Source: Octopus vulgaris
Taxonomy: Eukaryota
Direction of reading: 5' to 3'
Assembly: GCA_951406725.2 (NCBI GenBank)
Contig: OX597820.1
Location: 37,324,001 to 37,388,000, forward strand
DNA: 64,000 nt
Shown: positions 23,898-35,680 of the stretch, piece by piece
How the letters are laid out: the number at the start of each line of letters is the position of its first letter
Numbering within the stretch: the stretch's first letter is position 1
The notes under the pieces: model-generated
Database searches by the model: none
The model's input: the letters and a program-made list of their open reading frames with translations, nothing else
What the model was told of the DNA's origin: nothing
Position numbers and translations under genes: made by a program

Positions 23898-25463
23898 TTA
23901 TGGTTCGTTCTGATCACAATCATCTAGTTTCTCACCAGCATGGATATGTTTGTGGATAGATAAATTATAATTCCTAGAGTATGTTTTACCACAGACATCA
24001 CAGTGATATGGTTTTTCTCCTGTATGGCTGCGTTTGTGGGCAGATAAATGAGCCTTTTGAGTGAATGTTTTACTACATATATCACAATGGTAGGGTTTCT
24101 CTGCTGTATGAATATGTTTATGAACAGATAAATTATCACTGTATGAAAATCTTTTACCACAGATATCACAGTGGTATGGTTTCTCTCCAGTATGAATACG
24201 TTTATGGAGAGATAAATTACCATTTTTTGTGAACATTTTACCACAGATATCACAGTGGTATGGTTTCTCTCCTGTATGGATACGTTTGTGGGAGGACAAA
24301 CTACAACTTTGAGAAAATGTTTTACCACAAATATCACAGTGATATGGTTTCTCTCCTGTGTGGCTACGTATGTGGGAAGACAAACAAGCACTAACAGAAA
24401 ATGTTTTACCACAAATGTTACAGTGGTGTGGTCTTTCTCCAGTGTGAATAGTTTGTTTATGGTAAAACAAACTACCCCTGTGACAGAACGCTACACCACA
24501 AACATCACATTGGTATGGCTTCTCTCCAGTGTGAATACGTTTGTGGACAGATAAGCTGAAATTTCTAGTGAAAGATTTACCACATATATCACAGTGATAT
24601 GGTTTCTCTCCTGTATGGATACGTTTGTGGGAAGACAAACAACTACTTTGAGAGAATGTTTTACCACAGATATCACAGTGGTATGGTTTCTTTCCTGTAT
24701 GAATAGGTTTATGGTAAATTAAACTGCCTCTGTCAGAAAATGATTTACCACAGACATCACAATGGTATGGTTTCTCTCCTGTATGAGTGCGTTTGTGAAT
24801 AGATAAAGTTACATTTTTAGAGAATCCTTGACCACAGATATCACAGAGGTATGGTTTCTCTCCTGTGTGGGTACGTTTGTGGTAAGACAAGGTACCACTT
24901 TGTGAAAATCTTTTCCCACAGATATCACAGTGGTATGGTTTCTCTCCTGTGTGGATGTAGTTGTGAGAAGACAAACTACCACTGTGTGAAAATTTTTTAC
25001 CACAAACATAACAGTGGTATGATTTTACTCCTGTATGGATACGTTTATGGGAAAATAAACTATAACTTTGAGAAAATGTTTTATCACAGATATTACAATG
25101 ATATGGTTTCTCTCCTGTGTGGATTCGTTTGTGGGAAGATAAACCACCACTTTGAGAAAATGCTTTACCACAGATATCACAATGATATGGTTTCTCTCTT
25201 GTGTGAATATGCTTGTGGAGCAATAAAGAACTCCTTGTGGTAAATCTTTTACCACAATCTTCACAGTGAAAAAGTTTGGTGACTGAGTGAGATAATTTAC
25301 GTTGAATTAAATTCTTTCTAGTTGAGAATATCTTGCCATAAATATCACAAGGTTGTGATTTCTTTTTCATATTTTTCTGTGGTTGAATTGATAAATCAAT
25401 ATTTTCAGACTGTTTTTTCTCATTCATAACTTTCTCTTTGAATCTATCAATCAATACACACAT
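23898..25463 (-). CDS. C2H2 zinc-finger protein, 521 aa, 16 intact fingers plus 1 degenerate N-terminal finger
   Basis: Tandem C2H2 fingers with TGEKPY linkers. Acceptor TGTCTTTTTATTTCAG on - strand ends at 25803. The true start could be the second Met (MNEKK). Confidence 0.95.
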   Translation of the reverse strand: MCVLIDRFKEKVMNEKKQSENIDLSIQPQKNMKKKSQPCDIYGKIFSTRKNLIQRKLSHSVTKLFHCEDCGKRFTTRSSLLLHKHIHTREKPYHCDICGKAFSQSGGLSSHKRIHTGEKPYHCNICDKTFSQSYSLFSHKRIHTGVKSYHCYVCGKKFSHSGSLSSHNYIHTGEKPYHCDICGKRFSQSGTLSYHKRTHTGEKPYLCDICGQGFSKNVTLSIHKRTHTGEKPYHCDVCGKSFSDRGSLIYHKPIHTGKKPYHCDICGKTFSQSSCLSSHKRIHTGEKPYHCDICGKSFTRNFSLSVHKRIHTGEKPYQCDVCGVAFCHRGSLFYHKQTIHTGERPHHCNICGKTFSVSACLSSHIRSHTGEKPYHCDICGKTFSQSCSLSSHKRIHTGEKPYHCDICGKMFTKNGNLSLHKRIHTGEKPYHCDICGKRFSYSDNLSVHKHIHTAEKPYHCDICSKTFTQKAHLSAHKRSHTGEKPYHCDVCGKTYSRNYNLSIHKHIHAGEKLDDCDQNEP

Positions 25464-26263
25464 ACATATATTATATGATAATGAGAATAGGTTTAGTTAA
25501 GAAAAACCTTAAGTGATTGCTTCGATTAACAAACTGTCTTCAGATATTTATATTCTTACACATAAAATACATCAGGATAAAAAATCCCAGTTTAATCTAA
25601 ATCTCTAAGTATACATTTCCAGCCAATAAAGGTATATTATTAGTAAACCATTTCAATTCCAAGGAAATATTCCAAATTCATTCAGCCAAAAGCTATAGAA
25701 ACAATTTGACATCTGATTGAAGTTCTTTTTAGTCTTCAAAAGTTGATAAGTATGTTGATCATTTTCAGTGAAATATTTTTTATCTCAATGTCAACAGAAA
25801 ACCTGAAATAAAAAGACAACATGAGAGTCAGTGAAGTGCTAACATGAAGATTATTGGAGAGAAAATACTTCACTCAAGGTATTAAAAGTTAGAATGACAA
25901 GATATTTTAGAGATGCAACTTAGAACACAGGGTCCTAAATAGTATCTCTCTTTTTGATCAGACTGCTATGGTCGCTTAAGATTGAGAGGAAACAGAGGAT
26001 TATTTGCTTAACATGCCGTTTAGGAGTTTCCATAGCAAAACCATATTCAACACCGTATTCATGAATTTGTTTCTGTCACATGTACATGGGATCTTTTTAA
26101 AAACCTTTTTCTATTAATCAAACAAAAATAAATAATCTAAAAATTTTTTACCTTAGGCATTCTTTCGATATAGATATTTTATCTGTCATTCCTTCCCAGC
26201 AAGTTTGATGGCATATTCGGTATAATCCGTAAAAAGACTTTATGTATTTATTTTTGTTTTGAT

Positions 26264-26610
26264 ATACCTATTTCTTTATTACCCACAAGGGGCTAAACAC
26301 AGAGGGGACAAACATAGGTATTAAGTCGATTACATCGATCCCAGTGCGTAACTGGTACTTAATTTTATCGACCCCGAAAGGATGAAAGGCAGAAACGTTA
26401 GCACGCCGGGCGAAATGCTTAGCGGTATTTCGTCTGCGTTACGTTGTGAGTTCAAATTCCGCCGAGGTCGACTTTGCCTTTCATCCTTTCGGAGTCGATA
26501 AATTAAGTACCAGTTACGCACTGGGATCGATGTAATCAACTTAATACCTATGTCTGTCCTTGTTTGTCCCCTCTGTGTTTAGCCCCTTGTGGGTAATAAA
26601 GAAATAGGTA
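26264..26610. mobile_element. SINE with an inverted copy of its own 3' half attached at the 5' side (tail-out)
   Basis: 26264-26390 is the reverse complement of about 26475-26610. The junction has GGCA microhomology (gatgaaaggca|gaaacgttagc). Confidence 0.85.
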
Positions 26611-26780
26611 TGTGTTTGTGGAATATTCAGCCACTTACACGTTAATTTCATTGAGTAGGTAATTCATTTGATCAAACCACTGAATGCTCATCGTCGAAAC
26701 CGATGGAGAAACCATCATATATGTATGTATGAAAGATTCAAGAAACAAGACAAAAAAATTACAAAAATATATCTAAAAAA

Positions 26781-27221
26781 GGATCTTTTCGGGTTGACCG
26801 GTAGTCTTTAACATAATTTCTAGGTAACTAAAAAATTTTAAACTTCGTATACTGGTAGAATGTGTTTATAAAACATCTTTTTCTCTTGGCTTTATTGAGA
26901 AAATTCTATAGTTTGTAAGATATTTGGTCTTTAATTTCTTCAATTTCAACCAATCACTGGCGTCTATTGAGTTAAAAAGCATTCTGTGCCGTATGAATAT
27001 GTCCCTCGTTTAAGAAACACATTGGGTTTATTTACATTTGTGAAGAAAAAAGATACCCTTTCCCCACCCCTAATCCTAAATCTAAAATAGATTGAAATGC
27101 AATAGATCGATTCTAGGGTCATAATTATGGGTGACAATTTCATATGACACCGCTAGAAAAAACTGCCGTTTTAGTTACCTAGAAATTATGTTAAAAACTG
27201 CCGTTCAAACCAAAAAGATCC
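26781..27221. mobile_element. Merlin-like MITE (GG..CC ends, ~53-bp TIR, 8-bp TSD)
   Basis: TIR GGATCTTTT..GGTTGA.CGG.AGT.TTTAACATAATTTCTAGGTAACTAAAA at both ends; TSD CTAAAAAA at 26773-26780 and 27222-27229. Confidence 0.8.
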
Positions 27222-28729
27222 CTAAAAAATAACATACGATTCGTAAAAACAATTACATAGAAATTAAGTATAGCAATAGTAAAAAAATACATAAGCATAA
27301 AACAGATTTATGTATGTCTGTGTATGGATAACTGTGTGTGAATGACTATGTTTGTGTGTGACTGTATGTGTATGAGCGTGTAGGTGACAGGAACTGTCAA
27401 GAGACTTGAACAAGCGTGTGGTATATCAAAACAAAAATAAATACATAAAGTCTTTTTACGGATTATACCAAATACGCCATCAAAACTGCAGGGAAGGAAT
27501 GCCAGATAAAATATCTATATCGAAGGAATGAAAATTTTATTTTCAAACTTTTTTCCATTACGCTCAAACAAAGAATTATTTAAGAATTTCTTTCTCTTCG
27601 AAAGACCTCTCCCCACCCCGTCGGAAAGTTTCACCACAAATTTCTTTAGAATCGGTTCGTTGGTGTAAATTTTTGTTCTCATATTCGTTTAATAGCATAT
27701 TTTGGCACCTATTACACTTCTTTTCTTTTTTTTTTTTGTTTTGTTTTGGTGGCCGGATGTTAAAGCAAACGTTGACCGATTTTTGTACAAAAGTAATGTG
27801 TAAATTATATATGAACGGTACTTATACAACTAATGTACTTACTTGTAAAATGAAATAATGTTGGGGAACTTGAAATTGATGAGAGCATTGATACATTGAA
27901 CAGAACTTTGAACTACTTCTTACAGGATATCTCTATTCTGCTTAATGAACAATCTCTTAAGTTAATTACTTATTATTAACACTGTGAATAAATGTAAACA
28001 AAGAAATAGTTTATCTACAATGTTTATAGATTTAGAGCAGTGTGAGGTTCACATATTGGAACTGTCAGTGCTTGTGTGCGAAGAACTTACCTCTAATCAA
28101 TAGAGAGCGCAGCACTGTTTGTTTCTGCGGAAAAACTTTATAAATGTTCACTACCTTATAACACCTATTAATCAGCTAAGCAAATGACCTTCTCTAAGTG
28201 CATTAAAAAAGCTATAACATATTCAGAACACACTATTTCAGAAAATTATCTGTTTTCTTTAAGCACATAAAAGACAATTTTATCTGGGGCAAAATGAGGA
28301 AGACAAAATGATGTAAATTTGCCTCTTCAGAATTACATTTATATAAAAAAAAAAAAATCATACGCTTCAATATCCAGATCTTTCCTGTTTGACTTTCACT
28401 TTTACTAAATTCCTTTAATTTTGTTCCACTTGATTTCAAATCTTGTGCATTGATGTAGTTTTGTATGCTAATTACGTCAATATACCGAATTTGAAAATTT
28501 CACTTAATTTTAAAATTTGAAAAAGTGAAAGCCAAACAGAAAAGGTCCCAACATCCATCCTTAGACATCAGAAATGCAACAAAAAATTTAAATATCTAGA
28601 GCAAAGGAAAGATGATCATGGAAAAATGGCACGTGGTATGAAATTAATGGATCTCCACTAAATCTAAAAACTCAACATAAAATATTCCCTGTAGCTTCTT
28701 CACGATCTGTTGGAGTGGCTAGTTGACCA

Positions 28730-29790
28730 TGGTGAGGAAAAATAGTAAAAGAATAGCGGATCAGGTTAATGGATATAAATTCAGGTTCTAATAGGTATCT
28801 AATTTATTGATAGAGTATCAAGCTCAGTAAATTAATGGTATACATTTAAATAATAATAATATTTAGGAGTTAGAAAGTAGGGGGAGAACATGTCGACGTT
28901 CTCATTTAAAGATTATTTACTATAAAGAAAAATATTTAATAATTTGATGTGTGTGACTGGTAGAATAAATATTTATGAGGATATTAGAATACAAAGGAAC
29001 TGTTTAGTATGTGCACCAGGTTTTAAATGAATACAAGGTTTGTAGATATAAATTCTAGATCTAATAGATACTATATTAGATTAAAAGGGTAGCATATTTT
29101 GTAAATTATTAATGGTGGATGTTAGATAAAAAAAAGTTAGTGATTTTAGAAAGAATTAATAGGAAATTCATTATTAAATTTGTGTAGAATATATAAACCA
29201 ACTAAATCTGTGGCTCCAGCTGAATTGGAAGAGCCCATTGCCACATCAAAGCATTCAGGTGTATCCTTGCATGCCAATAGTTTGTTATGGAACTTAATTA
29301 CTGATTTACTGGTTGTTAGTATGACTTGGACTTCATTCATAGTCAATTCTGAATTGTTTTTAGCAAATTAAAGCACTATTTAGGGCAGTGGGATTGGTTG
29401 ATGAATAATACTTGTTAACATCTATCTGCAGGAATCTGTACTTATTTTTATTCTGAATTTTTTTTAAAACTAATCTATTGCTTCTTGGGTATTAGACCAT
29501 AATTTAAGTTTAATTTTGTTCTTGATTTTATCTATGTAGTCATTCATGTTACTTTTATTCAGTTTACTTATATCAAACTGAGTGGTGCATGGTCTAACTT
29601 TAGGGTTTGTTTGGAAATTGTCCTTATGGTCCTTTAAAGATATTCTAGGCCTTAGAGGAAAAAAGGTTTGGTTTTATCTTCAATAGCATATTTTGGCTTC
29701 AAGATTTGTAGCTCTTAAAGTGTTACTGGTGACTACCTTGTATTTTTTGGTGATTTCATTTGTAAGCAGTTTATGGTATAGATCAATGTT
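28730..29790 (-). mobile_element. Degenerate Penelope-like RT fragment
   Basis: ORF 29146-29346 FDVAMGSSNSAGATDLVGLYILHK is a PLE RT motif-4 type sequence. The flanking DNA resembles 2330-2700. Confidence 0.7.
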
Positions 29791-30355
29791 TAAGTCGTAT
29801 AAGATATGGGATAAAGTACTGAAGGACTACCTCAAGACACTGAACCGTTCAGACGAGATAAAAAATGACCGAGATACCTGGCACCTTGCTGTACTCAAAG
29901 ATCCGTACTCCACAACAGAAATATTCAGGCTGTACCCCTGGTGAAGAGAACTTGCCTGCAAGAGTCCTGTGCCAGTGCCATGTAAAAAGTACCCGTGCTG
30001 GTACCATGTAAAAGCATGCTGGACATTCTGTAAAGTGGTTGGTTTTAGAAAGGGGATCTAGCCGTAGAAACCATGCTAAATTAGACTGGAGCCACTAGCA
30101 TAGCTAGAGTGTATGCCGCTCAGGGCGGCCCTTCCTTTTGCTGACCCTGGACCCCACACAAAAACACATTGCCTACAGTCAACCTAAAAGTACCACCCCT
30201 TTGAAAGTATTGCCCGGGGGACCACCCCTACTAGCTATGCTAGTGACTGGAGCCTAGTGCAGCTCTCCAGCCTGCCAGATCTGGTGAAATCATCCAACCT
30301 ATGACAGCATGGAAAACGGACATTAAAGTACATCTTTAATAATGATGATGATGAT
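29790..30355 (+). mobile_element. RTE LINE 3' end with (GAT)n tail, interrupted by a MITE
   Basis: WDKVLKDYLKTL C-terminal remnant; 3' UTR ...gcatggaaaacggacattaaa..gatgatgat. Confidence 0.7.
30093..30245. mobile_element. hAT-type MITE, 153 bp
   Basis: Perfect 15-bp TIR CACTAGCATAGCTAG/CTAGCTATGCTAGTG; 8-bp TSD ACTGGAGC at 30085-30092 and 30246-30253. Confidence 0.85.
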
Positions 30356-31779
30356 ATATCCGCAATATGTTTCCAGAATGTGTAGATGTACTTTTATGCT
30401 TGCCATCTTATATACACAAGAGATAATTTTCCTTGGAAAAAAAAATGCATCTTTGTTCGCAAAGATAAATTCTTGTGACAAACTCTTTTATTACACCTAA
30501 AATATTTAATGGATCCTAAAAGATTAAATTTGATGATGTTTTTTTAGTACCTCTCCATTCCTTAACATTTTCATTCTGAAAGAGAACACTTACAATCCAG
30601 AATACTGCATTTGCAAATAGAAAATACGATAGTCATTTGTATTGAATGCAGACTCAATGAAAACGAAGTAAAAAAAAGGTAAATTTAGGGAAACTTGTGT
30701 TTCGAACTTTGGAAGCTGACATAATGGAAAATGTCTTGCTAGATACAATTTTCATTGATAAATGGGTCAGTTATCAGAATCTTCTAAAATTTCTGTGCTT
30801 CTATATGAACCAACAGAAACCTTTTTTGGTGGTGGTGTCGTAATACTCAACAATCTATATTTGTTGGTTTGTTCTACTAACATTGTTCCTTTGAACTTGA
30901 TGTAATCAACTAGTCCTCTCTGCTGACCTTGTGTCAAATTTAGAATTATCTTTCTGGACTAATTCTGTAATAGAATCAATTTAATACAACCTACTTGCTG
31001 GAAATAAAATTATAATAGAAAAATTGCATTGGGCCCTTAACTTCTTGATGGAAATGTAGGGGATACTGTCGGACATATGGCTTGTTTTGGGAATGTTTTT
31101 AGACCTGGCGAAGCCATCTATTTCTAGGTACAAACAAATTTCTTCCAGAGACACAGGCAGACAACAAGGAAAGTGAGAGAGAAAAAAGAGACTGATGCTT
31201 TATTTACCAACCTCAGAAGGACGAAAAGCAATGCTAATCCAGATGGGATTTGAACTCAAAAAGATGCTACAAAGATAAATGCACAATAATCTATCAAACA
31301 GTCTTGTCACTTGGATACTCGCGTACTGGCAGTTTTTTTTTTTCCAATGTGCCAGGGAGCGGTAATATTTCTTAGTAATTTTAATTTATACAGAAACAAT
31401 TTCATTCAACCACAGTAGTGGTTGAATATATTCTGAAGACTGCCATTTCATAAATCACAGCAGTTTCCAAACTTCACCACTAATTCAGTTCTCAACGTTA
31501 ATAATTTTAAACAGGACACCTCATCTACACTTTGACATAAATAGTTTGAGATTTGGTTCAGTAGAAAAAAAGTTACATCAAAATATGTCAGACCTCAAGT
31601 GGGCAGACTCATCTTCAATTTTTTAATTTTAAATTAAAAGTATACTTTTCTTGGGCTTAAATGATAGAATCATTAGTCATATTGAACAAAATTTAGTAGA
31701 AAAACAGTTATGAGGTCAAATGTTACGAAATTTAATAAGAATAAAGAATATATTTCTAAAAATGAATGTTTACATTCTC

Positions 31780-32215
31780 AGGCGGCAAGATGGCAGGAAC
31801 GTTAGTGCACCAGGTGAAATGCTTAGCGGTATTTTGTCTACCGCTATGTCCTGAGTTCAAATTCCGCTGAGGTGGACTTTGCCTTTCATCCTTTCGGGGT
31901 TAATTAAATAAGTACCAGTTACGCACTGGGGTCGACATAATCGACTCAATCCGTTTGTCTGTCCTTGTTTGTCCTCTCTGTGTTTAGCCTCTTGTGGGTA
32001 GTAAAGAAATAGATATTTCATCTGTCTTTATGTTTTGAGTTCAAATTTTGCCATGGTCCACTTAGACATAAACTATCTAATTAATTTTTTTAAACTAAAC
32101 ACTTCAAAATTTTGTATTCTAGAAGCAGTATTTTGTCTGTCTTTATGTTCTGAGTTCAAATTCCGCCAAGGTCAAATTTGCCTTTAATCCATTTCGGATC
32201 TATTCAATTAGACAT
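31780..32215 (+). mobile_element. tRNA-derived SINE followed by partial tandem fragments
   Basis: Full copy ggcggcaagatggcagg..gagttcaaattccg..agtaaagaaata, followed by two partial B-box-containing repeats at about 32015 and 32130. Confidence 0.75.
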
Positions 32216-32599
32216 ACAGATTATTTAATTAATTTTTTTTAACTAAACACTTTCAATGTGTCACATGGAACAGAGTTTACTCATAACGTTTTTGACAAAA
32301 TTTTGTATTTTAGAAGTTATTTCATCAGAAGTTACAGAGTGACAATGGACAAATTTGTGTTTGATAAGTGCCAATACATGAACCTCTCAGCTTTTGACTT
32401 ACTCTCTAACTTCTGCCGATGTTATATATATATATTAGAAGAACTGGCATTCTTTGCTGCAATATTTTAAGTAAAAAGTTTCTTATTCTTTACTTTACTA
32501 GAAGTAATAGCCTGTCCTATACTTTTACAGGTGTAATAACTTGTCCTGTACTTTTCCAGGTTTTAAGTCTTAAGAATATGACTTTTCATGCTCGCATTT

Positions 32600-35520
32600 T
32601 TCCATGTAATATATAATGAATATAATAGAAGTTGACAATTTTTTTTTATGTTATATTTATTTTGTAAACAAATACAATATTACATAAGCACTTTATAATC
32701 TTAATCTTTGCTAATGTGACAGGTGAACCTGCTTCTTCTTTGTCAGTTTATCCAGTCCTGATTCAATTGAGAACAGTGCCATGTACAATGGAGAATGAAT
32801 ATCCATATTATGTCTGTACTTTGTCTTAATGAAATTCATGGTTGAGAAGCAAGTCTCACAGAGATATGTTGAAGGAAATGGGAGAAGAGTGTTCAGAGTA
32901 ATTTCACTAAGCTCAGGATATTCTGCTTTCACTTAAATCTAAAAAGAATCAAGTGATGTGGTAGTTTCAAAACTCCTCTTCAATCATTCGTCACCAGCCA
33001 TATCAAACAACTTATCCTCCATAATTACACTTAAGTCATCATGCAGTAGAATAAACGGATTTCAGATTTATCCCTTCCTTTTCTGTGGATCTTCTGCTGG
33101 AAAGTAAAACTGAAACCAGTCTGCCAGATTCGTCAAGTGTTCTCTGATAACATTTCGTAGAGTTGTAATATTAAGGTCTTTGCCTGCATCAACGATGATT
33201 GTTGCTAATTGGTGAAACATGTCATAACAATCTCTTGATACTCGACTCTTCTATGCTTCTAGCTTTCATTCCTGTTCGTCAATCTTTTCTGCCATTGTAA
33301 AACATGAAGCCATCGTTCCCTGCATGGAGGTGTTGAGATCAATAAAGATAGCAAAAATATCAGCTAAATAAGCCAGCTTGGCAAACCAATTCACATCTCC
33401 GAACAATTGTAATCAATTTGGATTTTTGTCCTGAAGAAACTCAGCAAGCTCGTTTTGTAGCTCAAACTCTCTTGACAGGACTTTCCCCCTTGATAACCAA
33501 CGTGCATGTTATAGGAGCTGTTTATGATTAGCTCTCATATTATCACATAATGCAGCGAATAGTCTCGAATTTAAAGCATTCGCCTTTATGTGGTTCACAA
33601 TTTTTACAACCTCGCCGAGCACACTGCTTAGTTCTGTTGACATTTTTTGTTGCAAGACTTTCTCGGTGAAGGAAGCAGTGTGTCGACTTGCATTTTGGGG
33701 CAAGCGCCTTAACCTGGGTAACCTCTCCTGAAAGCCGTCCTGTCATTGCGGCAGCACCATCGGAACATAAGCCTACACAAAACTTGAGATCCAACCCATA
33801 TTTGTTAATGATGTAGTTGCTCACAGTCTTGAACACTTCAGAACTAGTTGCTTTTGTTGGTAGTGAAGCAAAGAAAAAAAACAAAAAAAAAAACTCTTCC
33901 TTCAAATCACCTTCATGTTCAAAGTGCACAAATACCATCAGAATTGCCTGATTAGCAAAGTCTGTACATTCATCAGGTTGCAAAGAAAAGTACTTTGCTA
34001 ATTTAATCTGTCCTATAAGTTGATCTTCCATATCATGAGCCAGATCGTGAATTCGTCGAGCTATAGAGTCATTTGAAAGTGGATCAGACACAGTACACAC
34101 ACTATTACACCCAATAGCGTCTTACTGATTGATTTTTTAGCAGTTCAAAGTGTTACTTTATAAGAAGCCTACAAAGCACAAGTATTTATGTGTGACACTT
34201 CAAAGATCTGTTTCTGATGGCCTTTTAAATCAACATGCTTTATTTCAAATAATTCTTTCAGCTTTGAACTCATTTCTTAATGTTTTGTATTTAAATGTCT
34301 CTTGAGATTTGATGACTTCATTGAGTCATTGGCCAACACATCTCTACAAATAACACACTGCGGTTTTTGCACTCCCCTGTCATTCATGGCTACAAAAGCG
34401 AATTGAATGTATGAGGAGTCATATTTCCAAGTGAAGCTAGTACAAATTCTTTTTGCCGGCAATACTTCGGTTTCATTTACATCGCTGTCATCTGATCAAA
34501 ATCGTGTTCAGCAACTGGATGTCTTGGCTTGATAAATATGTCCATAGGGCCTCGCTTCGCCATCTATAAATTAGATATAAAAATAATTAATATTGCTGCA
34601 AATATTCGAGTATTTCTATTATTTTAGTTTAGGTAATTAGTTTTTTCATAATTTTTTTTAATGGAAGGAAATTGATACATAACAATTATAATTGAATTTT
34701 TTTCTTCATTTCATTGTGCATTAAAAAGAAAATTATTATTCTGGTATAATCTTTGGAATCTGGTGAACGCGTTATTCTTAAATTGTATTTAAAAATTAAA
34801 GTTGAAAAATTTTTTAATGTAATAAAGAAGTCATTTGCATATTGTTAAAGGGACACAATCACAGTACACACACTATTACACCCAATACACTTGTACTGAT
34901 TGATTTTTTTGTTTCAGCCACTTGAGAAAACGGAACAGGTAGGTAAAGAATTTAGTTGATTAAGATTTTTTGTTCTCGTAATTTTTCTTAAAATACCCTT
35001 TATGGTTAATGTACTTTTTTTTTCAGATTTTCGTTTTCGGGTCAAGTTGTAAACATTAATCGATCAGGAGTTTATGACAGGGCCCCAAATGGCAAACGCG
35101 TAGATATCCATACGATGCTCTCTGTTCAACTTCTTGATGGTAACTGCGGGTGACCAGCCTAGTTACAAGGTTGCCAGATATCACCACTCACCAGAGCTCC
35201 ACTACCTCAATTCACCCCCTTTTGATCTCTTCACATCGCTAGAAACAACTTCCTTTCTACAAGCGCAAACACTAATATAAACTTAATACTACACCAGTAA
35301 GCTCTGATCAATAGAAAATATATTGTCATATCACAAATATACTACATTTTCTTACACAATCTCTACCACGGTCGGTGAGTAGCACACTCCACCGGCCAGC
35401 TGGTTAGTTGTTTACTGCAGTGCATAAGGCGAAATTACTGAAATTATGCTATTGTTTCTTTCATTTCTTGGAACTCGCTGCGTACCGGCACTGGTCCACG
35501 GACCACCACTTCGAGTAGAC
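32600..35520 (-). mobile_element. Degenerate hAT transposon, Buster/Charlie (SCAND3/ZBED5-like) family
   Basis: BED-like KPQCVICRDVLANDSMKSSNLKRHLNTKH; FSLQPDECTD; CSDGAAAMTG; HCFLHRE; dimerisation domain LLPFPSTYLCETCFS. TIR-like end ggtccacggaccaccacttcgagtag at about 35492-35518. Confidence 0.9.
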
Positions 35521-35549
35521 ATAATGAGAGTTGTGCTTCCTTACTTATA

Positions 35550-35680
35550 TAATTGACATACGCATGCGTAGTGGGTGTGCCATCCATTTCTGTCTCGAGT
35601 TCAAACTGTTTTTATTACTCATCACAATACAAACACATTAATAACAATATCTTTTATAAAATCATTTCCGTAAGTATAAA
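35550..35680 (+). promoter_or_regulatory. Putative promoter and first non-coding exon of ZNF 39671-41056
   Basis: NRF1-like TACGCATGCGTA palindrome at about 35559-35570; donor-like CCGTAAGTAT at about 35668; acceptor TTTCTCTTTTATTTCAG ends at 39406. Confidence 0.3.

Larger units (their letters stand above)
26158..27530. repeat. 110-bp inverted repeat pair (26158-26268 and 27420-27530) enclosing two further palindromic elements
   Basis: cattctttcgatatagatattttatctg...ccgtaaaaagactttatgtatttatttttgttttgatatacc matches the reverse complement of 27420-27530 with few mismatches. Confidence 0.85.

Noticed and set aside
23924-25264. Alternative-frame and antisense ORFs over the ZNF genes (ERNHIT.., MVSLL..)
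   Set aside because: Typical shadow frames of tandem C2H2 coding sequence; the same applies to antisense ORFs over the GC-rich LTR element.
30660-30830. Possible second Merlin transposase remnant (EADIMENVLLDTIFIDKWVSYQNL)
   Set aside because: Similarity to the ISXO2 second-Asp motif is suggestive but too decayed to call without an HMM search.
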